DNA of 64,000 bases from Minisyncoccota bacterium (lineage in GTDB: Bacteria; Patescibacteriota; Minisyncoccia; Phycocordibacterales; UBA9973), in NCBI GenBank assembly GCA_041664465.1, contig JBAYKP010000004.1, positions 6,876 to 70,875 on the forward strand. Reading direction: 5' to 3'. The position numbers and the translations under genes were made by a program. Below the pieces are notes generated by a model. The model ran no database searches and was not told the DNA's origin. It saw only the letters and a program-made list of their open reading frames with translations. Shown piece after piece: positions 10,281 to 19,564 of the stretch. Position 1 is the stretch's first letter, and each line of letters begins with the position of its first letter.

Positions 10281-11555
10281 ATGGATTCGTTATATACCGT
10301 TATATTCTATGTTTTTTCCTTCATTTCTGTATACGTACAGATCTTTTTTTTAGTGACATTTTTCGATAAAAGGCGTCATATTAAGTGGAGTCCTAATAAT
10401 ATAGAACTCTCTTCATACCCCACTATTACTATTGCTGTCCCTGTTTATAATGAAGAATCTACCATCATCAAAACAGTAGAATCTCTCCTTGCGCTAGATT
10501 ATCCGAAAGATAAATTGAAGATTTTCATAGTAGATGATGGAAGTAAGGATAATACTTGGAATGTAGTACAAGAATTTAAAGATAATCCCAATATTGTCCT
10601 CCTGCAAAAAGAAAATGGTGGTAAACACACAGCTATCAATCTGGCCTTAGAGAAAAGTGATTCCGAATTCTTTGGATGTCTTGACTCAGATTCTTTTGTT
10701 CACAATCAGACTCTGAAAAGAATTATGAGATATTTTGAGAATGATCCTAGGAATATGGCTGTCATTCCATCAGTCTTAAGTCACGACCCAAAGAATATAA
10801 TTCAGAACGCACAGAAAGTTGAGTATGATATGGGTGTCTATATCAAGAAAATGCTAGGACTCATCGGTGGTATCCAAGTCACCCCCGGACCTCTTTCTAC
10901 TTTTCGGAAAAAAGTTTTTGATGATTTAGGACCTTACAAGAAAGCTCACAATACAGAAGATCAAGAGATAGCTCTCCGAATGCAAGAGCATGGATACAAA
11001 ATAGATTACTGTCCAGATGCATATGTCTATACTAATACACCCAATTCCATCATCAAGCTTTATAGGCAACGCTTGCGATGGATTTATGGTTTCATTAAGA
11101 ATCTCGTAGATTATCGTCATTTATTATTTAGGAAAAAGTATGGGACCGTCGCTTTGTTCACATTGCCGACTGGCTTGATATCCATATTGGGGATAGTCTT
11201 TGTATTCTTTACTCTTATTTACAATTTTATAAAATTTACTTATATCAAAATAATCCAGATACAGACTATTGGTTTCAACAATTTTTTCAGTTTAAATTAC
11301 AAATTTGACTGGTTTTTCATCAATACAAGGGCGATGTTGTTTTTATCTATCATTTTGTATATACTGGTCATTGTATCAGTAATGATTGGTAGGAAAATGT
11401 CCACCGGAAAGGCGAATTTCTCTCTTTCCATAATTTATTTTAGTATTATTTATAGTGTAATAGCGCCATTTTGGATGCTCCGAGCGATATACAACTCTCT
11501 CATTTCCAAGGAGTCTAGCTGGACGTTTGAACGCCGTGTTACCCCAAACAATTAA
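10281..11555 (+). CDS. Processive family-2 beta-glycosyltransferase (cellulose/chitin/PNAG-synthase-like) with C-terminal transmembrane helices
   Basis: 424 aa. Motifs DDGSKDNT, DSDS, TED and QRLRW (the QxxRW signature of processive GT2 synthases), followed by several hydrophobic helices. Confidence 0.75.
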   Translation: MDSLYTVIFYVFSFISVYVQIFFLVTFFDKRRHIKWSPNNIELSSYPTITIAVPVYNEESTIIKTVESLLALDYPKDKLKIFIVDDGSKDNTWNVVQEFKDNPNIVLLQKENGGKHTAINLALEKSDSEFFGCLDSDSFVHNQTLKRIMRYFENDPRNMAVIPSVLSHDPKNIIQNAQKVEYDMGVYIKKMLGLIGGIQVTPGPLSTFRKKVFDDLGPYKKAHNTEDQEIALRMQEHGYKIDYCPDAYVYTNTPNSIIKLYRQRLRWIYGFIKNLVDYRHLLFRKKYGTVALFTLPTGLISILGIVFVFFTLIYNFIKFTYIKIIQIQTIGFNNFFSLNYKFDWFFINTRAMLFLSIILYILVIVSVMIGRKMSTGKANFSLSIIYFSIIYSVIAPFWMLRAIYNSLISKESSWTFERRVTPNN

Positions 11556-11558
11556 TTT

Positions 11559-12299
11559 ATGAATCAACACGAACCTAATGATTGGAAGAAATATATAATA
11601 GTCTTATTCATCACCTCTACCATATTTGTAGCAGGGCTTTGGATTGCTAATTATTTTAATAATAAAAAGATAGATCAATTAAAAAGTATAGAAGACAAAA
11701 TTTCTCTAGACTTAATGTCTTCAGAGACGCAATTCTCTCTCTTGCAGGAATTGTCTTGTAAGGATGTCTCGAGTACCGTACTTTCATCCGAGCTTAATTC
11801 TCTCGCTGAGAAGATTTCTTATAGTGAGACCAATCTAGGGAATAATGATAGCAATGTTGTCAGTCTGAAAAGATATTATTCTCTTCTTGAAATTAAGGAT
11901 TATCTTTTGATGAAGAAAATTACTGAACGATGCGGGCAGAAATCCATATTCATTCTTTATTTCTATAAGAATGATAAGTGTGATGATTGTACCAAGCAGG
12001 GTTACGTTCTCACTAGCTTGAAAGAAAAGTATCCCGATCTTCGTGTTTATTCATTTGATTATAATCTAGATCTTTCAGCTATCCGTGCTATGACTTCTAT
12101 CTATAAAGTGCCTGATAATCTCCCTGCCATCGTTATAAATGGTAAGGTGTATAGTGGCTTCCAAACAATTGAAGAAATAGAAAAGACTTTTCCCCAGCTT
12201 GAAACCATAAAAGTCCCCGAAGTTCCTAAATCCAAAACTGGAGCAACATCTACGAAAGTTAAAACAACCGCTCCTACTACAACACAGAGTGCGAACTAA
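11559..12299 (+). CDS. Membrane-anchored thioredoxin-like protein (CDDC motif) with a Thr-rich C-terminal tail
   Basis: 246 aa with an N-terminal transmembrane helix. A thioredoxin-like segment reads ILYFYKNDKCDDCTKQG...PAIVINGKVY. The gene starts 4 nt after the GT2 stop. Confidence 0.45.
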   Translation: MNQHEPNDWKKYIIVLFITSTIFVAGLWIANYFNNKKIDQLKSIEDKISLDLMSSETQFSLLQELSCKDVSSTVLSSELNSLAEKISYSETNLGNNDSNVVSLKRYYSLLEIKDYLLMKKITERCGQKSIFILYFYKNDKCDDCTKQGYVLTSLKEKYPDLRVYSFDYNLDLSAIRAMTSIYKVPDNLPAIVINGKVYSGFQTIEEIEKTFPQLETIKVPEVPKSKTGATSTKVKTTAPTTTQSAN

Positions 12300-12314
12300 T
12301 TAAATTTTTTATTG

Positions 12315-12387
12315 AGCCGGCACGAGGATTCGAACCCCGGACATCCACTTTACAAAAGTGGCGCTCTACCAACTGAGCTATGCCGGC
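12315..12387 (-). tRNA. tRNA-Thr (anticodon UGU)
   Basis: The reverse complement folds as a cloverleaf: acceptor GCCGGCA/TGCCGGC, D-arm AGCTCAGTTGGTAGAGC, anticodon stem CCACT/AGTGG with loop TTTGTAA, T-arm GGTTCGAATCC. No CCA is encoded. Confidence 0.85.
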
Positions 12388-12434
12388 ACTTTATTAAACA
12401 TAATTCTGTAAAACAATAAGACTATCTTAGCATA

Positions 12435-12899
12435 TTATAGGATTTTATCAACTTTTTCTTCTTGGACTTTTATTTCTTCTTCTAGAATTTTTACTTCTTC
12501 TGCATGATCTTGTTTTATCTTTTCTTTAACCTTTCTAATCTTTATTTTTGATTCAATTACAGCTCTTTCTACGAAAGAAATTTTCCTAGAATCTGTACCG
12601 TTTACTTCTTTCTTTTTAAAGAATTTATTTAATTTAGGTAATTTATTTTTAAGCCAAATAGAAGACTTTGTTATAATTATAAACCAAAGTTTTACAACGA
12701 AGAGAATTATCCATTGGATTATATGTTTGATAGTATGCAAGAAAATACTTTCTAGATATTTGAACGATAATTCTCCTATGTGTTTTTCTTTATTTTCTTT
12801 TATCTCTATTTTATTATTTTGTATCTCCCAATTACGAAACATTAGCATTCCGAATGCTCCTGCTATTGCTATGAAGAAAATAATAATAATTAAGGTCAT
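12435..12899 (-). CDS. Hypothetical small membrane protein (two transmembrane helices plus a charged coiled-coil tail)
   Basis: 154 aa. Hydrophobic N-terminus, K/E-rich C-terminus. It lies adjacent to and co-directional with tsf. Confidence 0.35.
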   Translation of the reverse strand: MTLIIIIFFIAIAGAFGMLMFRNWEIQNNKIEIKENKEKHIGELSFKYLESIFLHTIKHIIQWIILFVVKLWFIIITKSSIWLKNKLPKLNKFFKKKEVNGTDSRKISFVERAVIESKIKIRKVKEKIKQDHAEEVKILEEEIKVQEEKVDKIL

Positions 12900-12902
12900 A
12901 AT

Positions 12903-13685
12903 TTAACCAATAGATTCTCTGATGAATTTTACAAAAGTCGCACCTTTTTCTTTGAGCAGATTACTGATAGTTATGTCAGGATTCTTAATGAACATTTGAT
13001 CCATCAAAGTCTGTTCTTTGAAGTATGTGGAGATTTTGCCATCTAGCATCTTTTTCTTTATATCTTCTGCCTTATCGGATTCTGCTACTTCTTTCTCGAA
13101 AACTTCTATAACTTTAGCCTTGTCATCTTCTGTGATATCTTCTTTGTTTATGAAAGCAGGCTTCATCGCAGCTATATGCATAGCGATATCTTTTGCAAGC
13201 TCTTTACTTCCTCCTTTTAGAGATACAATGACGGCACTTTTGCCATTATGGACATAACTTCCAAGTATTTCTCCTTCTATTATTTCTACTTTTCCTAGCT
13301 CAATTTTCTCTCCGATCTTTTGGACTATTGGATTGATCATTTCAAGAGATTTTTCTTTCATAGCCTCTACTCCTTCTTTTACTGCCAATTCTGCTAAATT
13401 ATTTGCAAGTGTAATAAAGTCGGCATTTCTTGCCACGAAGTCAGTTTCTGAGTGAAGAGTCATTAGTAGAGTCTGATTTGGCATTTCTTTTACAACGATG
13501 ATTCCATCGTGAGCAGTACGGTCTGCTTTCTTCATTGCGATACTACTAGACTTCTTTTTAAGGATAATGAGAGCTTTCTCCATATCTCCCTCTGCTTCTT
13601 CTAATGCATTTTTACATTGCATTACAGATACCCCTGTACTATCTCTTAATTCTTTAACTAATTCTGCGGTTATTTTTATAGACAT
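12903..13685 (-). CDS. tsf: Translation elongation factor Ts
   Basis: 260 aa. N-terminal UBA-like EF-Ts signature (ITAELVKELRDSTGVSVMQCKNALEEAEGDMEKA). It sits downstream of rpsB, as in the conserved rpsB-tsf operon. Confidence 0.9.
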   Translation of the reverse strand: MSIKITAELVKELRDSTGVSVMQCKNALEEAEGDMEKALIILKKKSSSIAMKKADRTAHDGIIVVKEMPNQTLLMTLHSETDFVARNADFITLANNLAELAVKEGVEAMKEKSLEMINPIVQKIGEKIELGKVEIIEGEILGSYVHNGKSAVIVSLKGGSKELAKDIAMHIAAMKPAFINKEDITEDDKAKVIEVFEKEVAESDKAEDIKKKMLDGKISTYFKEQTLMDQMFIKNPDITISNLLKEKGATFVKFIRESIG

Positions 13686-13696
13686 ATTTTATTTGT

Positions 13697-13757
13697 CCAC
13701 ATGTCCGACATAGGGTCTTTAGTTTTTTAAAGTTTTGCTCCTATGTCGGACATGTGG
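13697..13757. promoter_or_regulatory. 18-bp perfect inverted repeat in the rpsB-tsf spacer (ccacatgtccgacatagg / cctatgtcggacatgtgg, 25-nt loop)
   Basis: The arms run 13697-13714 and 13740-13757. Each arm is itself nearly palindromic (catgtc-c-gacatg). The element sits between the rpsB stop and the tsf start on the transcribed strand. Confidence 0.6.
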
Positions 13758-13769
13758 TCTTATTAATAA

Positions 13770-14468
13770 TTACTTTTTCTCTCCAGCAATTCCTTTATTG
13801 TAAGCATCTTTAATTTGGGATAAGAAGAAGGTGATACTAGAGATAGATGCGTCATTGGCAATAATAGGGAAGTCGATCTTTTTCATATTACAATCGGTAT
13901 TCATTAGTGCGATAATTGGGAGATTCATCTTTTGAGCTTCTGTTACTGCTATATGTTCTTTCTTTGGATCTACTACGAACATAGCATCAGGAGTGCGAGT
14001 GATGCCTGTAAGTCCTTGGAAGTTCTTGGTCATATCTTCCATTTCACGATCAATTAATAATCTTTCTTTTTTAGTATATTTATCAAGACCTCCTTTTTCT
14101 TTTTGATCACGTAAATCTAAAAGTTTGATGATGCGTTTTTTAATTTCAGGGAAATTAGTAAGTGATCCTCCCACCCAGCGTTCTCCTACATAAGGCATAT
14201 TGAGGGCAAGGGCTGTCTCTATCACTTGCTGGCGAGCTTCTGCTTTGGTGCCGACGAATAAGATAGTCTTGCCGGTAGAGGCAAGTTCTCTGACTTTTTC
14301 CATAGCTTTTTCGAAAAGCTCATTTGTCTTTTCAATATTTATAATGTCTACTCCATTTTTCGTGGCGAAAATGTAAGGGCTAGTAGATGGATGACGGCGA
14401 CTCTTTGAGTACCCATAGTGGGTACCATTTGCAAACATTTCTTCTATAACACTGTTTTGTGTAGTCAT
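13770..14468 (-). CDS. rpsB: 30S ribosomal protein S2
   Basis: 232 aa with S2 family signatures (GTHYGYSKSRRHP, VVDPKKEHIAVTEA, IIALMNTDCN). Confidence 0.9.
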   Translation of the reverse strand: MTTQNSVIEEMFANGTHYGYSKSRRHPSTSPYIFATKNGVDIINIEKTNELFEKAMEKVRELASTGKTILFVGTKAEARQQVIETALALNMPYVGERWVGGSLTNFPEIKKRIIKLLDLRDQKEKGGLDKYTKKERLLIDREMEDMTKNFQGLTGITRTPDAMFVVDPKKEHIAVTEAQKMNLPIIALMNTDCNMKKIDFPIIANDASISSITFFLSQIKDAYNKGIAGEKK

Positions 14469-14622
14469 AATATTTGGTCTATATGATTAATTTATAATAC
14501 TATCCGTTTTTAAGCATTCCAGCCTATTTACAAGGGTTTTTAAACAAAAAATCCCTCACGGAAAGTACCCATATAGTACCAGAAAAAGCATTATTTTGCA
14601 AATCTTTCTCTCACTTCATCTT

Positions 14623-14651
14623 TTGACCTTACGTCTATTTTAGGGTAGTAT
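14623..14651 (+). promoter_or_regulatory. Sigma70-like promoter for proS: TTGACC, 17-nt spacer, TAGTAT, ending 8 nt before the ATG (leaderless-type)
   Basis: -35 at 14623-14628 and -10 at 14646-14651. The ATG is at 14660 and no Shine-Dalgarno sequence precedes it. Confidence 0.4.
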
Positions 14652-14659
14652 GTGGGTAT

Positions 14660-15919
14660 ATGAAGCAATCACAATTGTTTACTAAAACTAAGAAAGAGAG
14701 TCCAGCGGATGAAGTATCTCTCAATGCTGAACTACTCATAAAGGCAGGCTTTATCAGTAAAGAGATGGCGGGAGTTTACTCGTATTTGCCTCTTGGTCTT
14801 CGTGTTATCAAAAAGATTGAAAATATTATAAGAGAAGAAATGAATGCTATTGGCGGTCAGGAAATGAAAACGTCTATTCTTCAAAGTAAAGAAATTTGGG
14901 AAAAGTCTGGAAGATGGAGTGATGAAGTTGTAGATAATTGGTTTAAAACAAAATTAAAAAATGGTAATGAGGTGGGTTTATCTTGGACCAACGAAGAAGC
15001 TCATGCCAATATTTTAAAACAATATATAAGTTCTTATAAAGATTTACCAATTTATCCTTACGATTTTAAAGATATTTTCAGAAATGAAACGAGAAGTAAA
15101 TCAGGGATATTAAGAGGTAGAGAATTTTACTGGAAAGCCCTTTATTCTTTTTCTAAAAACGAAGAAGAACATAATGAATTTTATGAAAAAGCTAAACAAG
15201 CTTATAAAAATATTTTTGGAAGAGTTGGAGTTGGGCATTTAACTTATCTAACTTTTGCTTCCGGAGGAACTTTCGCAAAATATTCTCATGAGTTTCAGAC
15301 TTTGACTGGGGCTGGAGAAGATACAATCTATGTGGATGAAGACAAAAATATCGCTATTAACAAAGAAGTTTATACGGATGAAGTTATTGAAAATCTTGGT
15401 TTAATTAAAGATAATCTTGTAGAAAAAAAGGCTATAGAAGTAGGGAATATCTTTTCACTTGGGACTAAATATTCAACTCCTTTTGATTTAAAATACAAAG
15501 ATGAAAAAGGAGAAGAAAATCTAGTTATTATGGGTTGTTATGGTGTTGGACTGGGGCGCCTTATGGGGACAGTTGTAGAAGTCCTTTCAGATGATAAGGG
15601 GATAATCTGGCCTGAAAGCATAGCTCCATTTAAGGTTCATTTACTTATGCTAGGTGGAGATGAAAATGTAAAAAGTGAAGCCCTCAAACTTTATGAAGAA
15701 TTAAATGAAAAAGGAATAGAAGTGCTTTTTGATGATCGTATAGATACAAGTGCAGGTGAGAAATTTGCTGATGCAGATCTTATAGGTATTCCTTATAGAG
15801 TCGTGGTTTCAAAGAGAAGTTTAACTGATGGAGGATTTGAAGTGAAAAAGAGAATTGAAGAGAGTGGTAGAATAGTTTCTTTTAATGATTTAGTCAATTT
15901 ACTAGAAACTAAAAACTAG
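14660..15919 (+). CDS. proS: Prolyl-tRNA synthetase (compact form with no editing insertion)
   Basis: 419 aa. The N-terminus matches ProRS (LFTKTKKESPADEVSLNAELLIKAGFISKEMAGVYSYLPLGLRVIKKIENIIREEM). Class II motifs and a C-terminal anticodon-binding domain are present. Confidence 0.8.
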   Translation: MKQSQLFTKTKKESPADEVSLNAELLIKAGFISKEMAGVYSYLPLGLRVIKKIENIIREEMNAIGGQEMKTSILQSKEIWEKSGRWSDEVVDNWFKTKLKNGNEVGLSWTNEEAHANILKQYISSYKDLPIYPYDFKDIFRNETRSKSGILRGREFYWKALYSFSKNEEEHNEFYEKAKQAYKNIFGRVGVGHLTYLTFASGGTFAKYSHEFQTLTGAGEDTIYVDEDKNIAINKEVYTDEVIENLGLIKDNLVEKKAIEVGNIFSLGTKYSTPFDLKYKDEKGEENLVIMGCYGVGLGRLMGTVVEVLSDDKGIIWPESIAPFKVHLLMLGGDENVKSEALKLYEELNEKGIEVLFDDRIDTSAGEKFADADLIGIPYRVVVSKRSLTDGGFEVKKRIEESGRIVSFNDLVNLLETKN

Positions 15920-15940
15920 TTACTAGAACCTAATTTATTT

Positions 15941-16987
15941 ATGTTTAAAAAAATTTACCAAATGTTTTCTAATGATATCGGGATAGATCTAGGTACAGCC
16001 AACACGCTGGTGTATTTGAAGGGTCACGGTATCGTGATAAACGAACCATCAGTGGTAGTGGTAAATCAAAAGACTGGCCAGATTGTTGCAGTTGGGGCAG
16101 AAGCCAAGCAAATGTTAGGGAGGACCCCAGGGCACGTGCGTGCTGTACGACCCATCGTAGATGGAGTTATTTCTGATTTTGAAGTTACCGAAGAAATGCT
16201 TTCTTATCTTATAAACAAGGCCGAGAAAATATCAAAGAAATTTATTCGCCCTCGTGTTGTCCTTGGAGTGCCAACTGGTATTACGAACGTAGAAATAAGA
16301 GCTGTCGAAGATGCGGCCCGCTCAGCTGGGGCACGCGAAGTTTATATTATAGAAGAACCTATGTCTGCAGCTATCGGTATTCGTCTTCCAGTGAAGGAGC
16401 CAATGGGCTCTGTCATCGTAGACATCGGGGGAGGAACGACGGATATTGCCGTCATATCACTTTCTGGAGTTGTGCGTTCAAAGAATTTAAAAATTGCCGG
16501 AGATTTATTCAATACAGATATTATAAATTATATGAAAGATGAATTCAAATTACTCATCGGAGAGAGAACAGCAGAAAGTGTAAAGATTGCAATTGGCAGT
16601 GTCATAGAAGGCGAGTCAATGGAAGCAGAAGTGAGAGGTAGAGACTTGGTGACAGGTCTTCCTCGCCAAGTCATCGTGACGGACTCAGATATACGAGAAG
16701 CAATCTTGCCTTCTATTCTAAGCTTGGTAGATGGAGTCAAAGAAGTCTTGGAGACTACCCCTCCGGAACTATTGTCGGATATTATGCATCGTGGCTTGGT
16801 GCTCTCGGGTGGCGGGGCTTTAATCAGGGGCTTAGACGTTTTATTACAAAAAACCCTTAAAATACCTATATATATTGCGGAAGACCCATTGACGGCTGTG
16901 GCTCGTGGGGCTGGTGTTATATTGGCCGATTTTGATTCTTATCAAGAAGTTTTATTAAACACAGATGATTCATCAGTTCCGAGATAA
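15941..16987 (+). CDS. mreB: Rod-shape-determining protein MreB
   Basis: 348 aa with actin-like ATPase motifs (GIDLGTANTLVY, VVDIGGGTTDIAVIS). Confidence 0.92.
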   Translation: MFKKIYQMFSNDIGIDLGTANTLVYLKGHGIVINEPSVVVVNQKTGQIVAVGAEAKQMLGRTPGHVRAVRPIVDGVISDFEVTEEMLSYLINKAEKISKKFIRPRVVLGVPTGITNVEIRAVEDAARSAGAREVYIIEEPMSAAIGIRLPVKEPMGSVIVDIGGGTTDIAVISLSGVVRSKNLKIAGDLFNTDIINYMKDEFKLLIGERTAESVKIAIGSVIEGESMEAEVRGRDLVTGLPRQVIVTDSDIREAILPSILSLVDGVKEVLETTPPELLSDIMHRGLVLSGGGALIRGLDVLLQKTLKIPIYIAEDPLTAVARGAGVILADFDSYQEVLLNTDDSSVPR

Positions 16988-17762
16988 AAAACAAATAGCA
17001 GGGAAGAAAAGACTAATTAGAAATTTTATTTTTTTGATTATTTTTCTTGTGCTTGCTTCTTTGGGAATTTTTGCTTATACTAGCCCTCTCGTACATTATA
17101 TTGGGAGACCTATTTGGAAGACAAAAACAGCCATCGTCAGTAATTTAGAAAATGTAGGCTATGTGGTACGCACGAAATCATCCGTCTATAAAGAAAATGA
17201 AAATCTTTTAAATGAAAATAGAGATTTGAAAAGTTCTATGATAGATTATCAGATTCTCAAAGATGAGAACATAGCATTAAAGGAAACTTTGGGACGTAAA
17301 CCCATAAACAAAAATTTAATTCTTTCAAATATTTTAACAAAACCAAATTATTCGCCTTATGATACTATCACGATAGATATTGGCTCAGATTCTGGTCTCA
17401 GTGTGGGAGACGTCGTCTACTCCAATGCTTTATTGCCACTCGGAGAAGTCGGGGCAGTTTATGCTAATACATCACTAGTGACTCTTTATACCAATCCAGG
17501 TGAAGTCACAGAAGCTATGATAGAGGGGACAAATACAAGTGTAGAATTGGTGGGTCGTGGAGGAGGTAATTTTGAAATGAGTATACCGGTTGATTTACCT
17601 TTTACAAAAGGAGCGTTGGTATATTTGCCAAATCTAGAAACACAAATCATCGCCGTGATGCAAGACGTCATCTCACTTCCGAATGATCCTGTAAAGAAAG
17701 TAATTTTAAGTTCTCTTGTGAACGTCCAAAGTCTCAAATGGGTTTTCGTTGAAAGTAAATAA
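16965..17762 (+). CDS. mreC: Rod-shape-determining protein MreC
   Basis: 265 aa. Transmembrane helix, then coiled coil, then beta-rich domain. It lies immediately downstream of mreB and overlaps it. Confidence 0.6.
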   Translation: MIHQFRDKKQIAGKKRLIRNFIFLIIFLVLASLGIFAYTSPLVHYIGRPIWKTKTAIVSNLENVGYVVRTKSSVYKENENLLNENRDLKSSMIDYQILKDENIALKETLGRKPINKNLILSNILTKPNYSPYDTITIDIGSDSGLSVGDVVYSNALLPLGEVGAVYANTSLVTLYTNPGEVTEAMIEGTNTSVELVGRGGGNFEMSIPVDLPFTKGALVYLPNLETQIIAVMQDVISLPNDPVKKVILSSLVNVQSLKWVFVESK

Positions 17763-19027
17763 TGAAAAATTTTGATTTTAAAATTGAAAAGAAAATCCCA
17801 AATTTTTTGGGGAGAGCTGGGGTCATTAGTACACCGCATGGAGATATAGAGACTCCATCTTTTGTTGTTGTGGGTACGAAAGGTACAGTGAAGTCTTTGA
17901 CAGTAGAGCAATTGAGAGAAATTGGCACCCCAGTGGTACTGGCGAATACTTATCACTTGTACTTACAGCCAGGGGATGAGCTTATAAGAGATGCGGGGGG
18001 CTTACATAAATTTATGAATTGGCAAGGTCCCTTGATGACTGACTCTGGAGGATTCCAAGTATTCTCGTTAGGAGTAGCATATGGCAAAGAAATTTCTAAA
18101 GTAGTTTCTGTTACTGACCCAAGTCTTCTTATTCCTGAGAGGTCAATAGCAGAAGATGGAGTACCCAGACTTGCAACTATAGGCAATGATGGAGTATCTT
18201 TCCGCTCACATATAGATGGCTCACTTCATTATATAACTCCCGAGAAGTCTATAGAAATTCAGCATAATTTAGGGGCGGATATTATTTTTGCTTTTGATGA
18301 GTGCACATCACCAACAGAGAATGATAGATATCAAGATGAAGCACTTTCTCGCACACATGCTTGGGCAAAGAGGAGTTTGGTAGAGCATAAAAAGAGGGAA
18401 GAGGGGAATAAATTCCCCCAAGCGCTTTTTGGTATTGTTCAAGGCGGGCGGTCAGAAGAACTCAGGAGGAAGTCTGCAAAAATTATTTCTGGAATTAAGA
18501 TAGAGGATGGAATGGACCCCGTGACGGGTGAAGCCCGTTTTACGGGGTTCGATGGATATGGTATCGGTGGTTCTTTTGCCAAGGAAGATATGTCGAGTGC
18601 TGTGAAGTGGGTGAATGAAGAACTTCCCGAAGAGAAGCCTCGGCACTTACTTGGTATTGGGGAGCCGGAGGATTTATTGTCAGGAGTAGAAAATGGGGTA
18701 GATTTATTTGATTGCGTAGGGCCTACTCGTATTGCTCGTAATGGAACTTTGTTTACAAAGAATGGTAAGATAAATATATCAAATGCAAAATTTGTAAAAG
18801 ATTTTGACAAGTTAGATGAAGGATGTGAGTGTTATACTTGTAGGAATTATACGAAGAGTTATTTGTCTCATTTATTTCGTGCCAAAGAAATGCTCGGAGC
18901 AACTCTTGCATCAATACACAATGTGTATTTTATAACTAACTTAGTGAAGAAAATGCGTGGGGCGATAATAGAGGGTACATTTTCAGAATTTAAAAAAGAA
19001 TTTTTAAAGGGATATTTAAAAGAGTAA
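17762..19027 (+). CDS. tgt: Queuine tRNA-ribosyltransferase
   Basis: 421 aa. TGT motifs (LMTDSGGFQVFSL, catalytic Asp region) and a C-terminal zinc site CxCxxC...H (CECYTCRNY...H). Confidence 0.9.
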   Translation: MKNFDFKIEKKIPNFLGRAGVISTPHGDIETPSFVVVGTKGTVKSLTVEQLREIGTPVVLANTYHLYLQPGDELIRDAGGLHKFMNWQGPLMTDSGGFQVFSLGVAYGKEISKVVSVTDPSLLIPERSIAEDGVPRLATIGNDGVSFRSHIDGSLHYITPEKSIEIQHNLGADIIFAFDECTSPTENDRYQDEALSRTHAWAKRSLVEHKKREEGNKFPQALFGIVQGGRSEELRRKSAKIISGIKIEDGMDPVTGEARFTGFDGYGIGGSFAKEDMSSAVKWVNEELPEEKPRHLLGIGEPEDLLSGVENGVDLFDCVGPTRIARNGTLFTKNGKINISNAKFVKDFDKLDEGCECYTCRNYTKSYLSHLFRAKEMLGATLASIHNVYFITNLVKKMRGAIIEGTFSEFKKEFLKGYLKE

Positions 19028-19039
19028 AACCTTTTCTGT

Positions 19040-19127
19040 ATTTAAAGTCCCCTTGATAAGGGGGATTAGGGGGTTTGAATTAAGAAATCTAAACCCCTCC
19101 CGACCTCCCCTTATCAGGGGAGGAGGA
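19040..19127. repeat. Copy R2 of the multi-hairpin palindromic element (about 88 bp, near-perfect overall palindrome)
   Basis: Hairpins ccccttgataagggg and ccccttatcagggg flank the stem agggggttt...aaacccct around a gaattaag core. The element lies just after the tgt stop. Confidence 0.8.
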
Positions 19128-19168
19128 AATGCGAATACAATATTAAAAATAAGTGTTATAATAATTTT

Positions 19169-19564
19169 ATGAAAGATTACAGAGGAACTATAATTGAAGA
19201 AAGTTTGGATAATAAAGGTGTATTAAAGAAAGTACAAATTTTAAGTACAAAAGTTGAAAGTATCACAGATAAACACAAAACTCCGTGGCTTAAGCAATGG
19301 ACGTTACATTTTGCATTAATTCCAGAGAATGAGGCAGAAAATATCGCCTTAGAAATAAGTAAATCTTTTGATAAAGAACACGCTAGTTGGTATGCTGATT
19401 ATCGAAATAAAACTCATCATTATATTATTTTCCCAAACAAAATTTTCTATATTAAAAGAGATAATATAGAGCAATACAATCAAGCAAAACAATATGGACT
19501 CTCGCTTGGTATTCCAGAATATCAAGTAGATTTTCATCCTGATATTAAAGAATGGGAGAAGTAA
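19169..19564 (+). CDS. Hypothetical protein
   Basis: 131-aa ORF with no recognisable motif. Confidence 0.3.
   Translation: MKDYRGTIIEESLDNKGVLKKVQILSTKVESITDKHKTPWLKQWTLHFALIPENEAENIALEISKSFDKEHASWYADYRNKTHHYIIFPNKIFYIKRDNIEQYNQAKQYGLSLGIPEYQVDFHPDIKEWEK

Noticed and set aside
17486-17956. Minus-strand 156-aa ORF overlapping the mreC end and tgt start.
   Set aside because: It is antisense to two recognisable genes and has no motifs.
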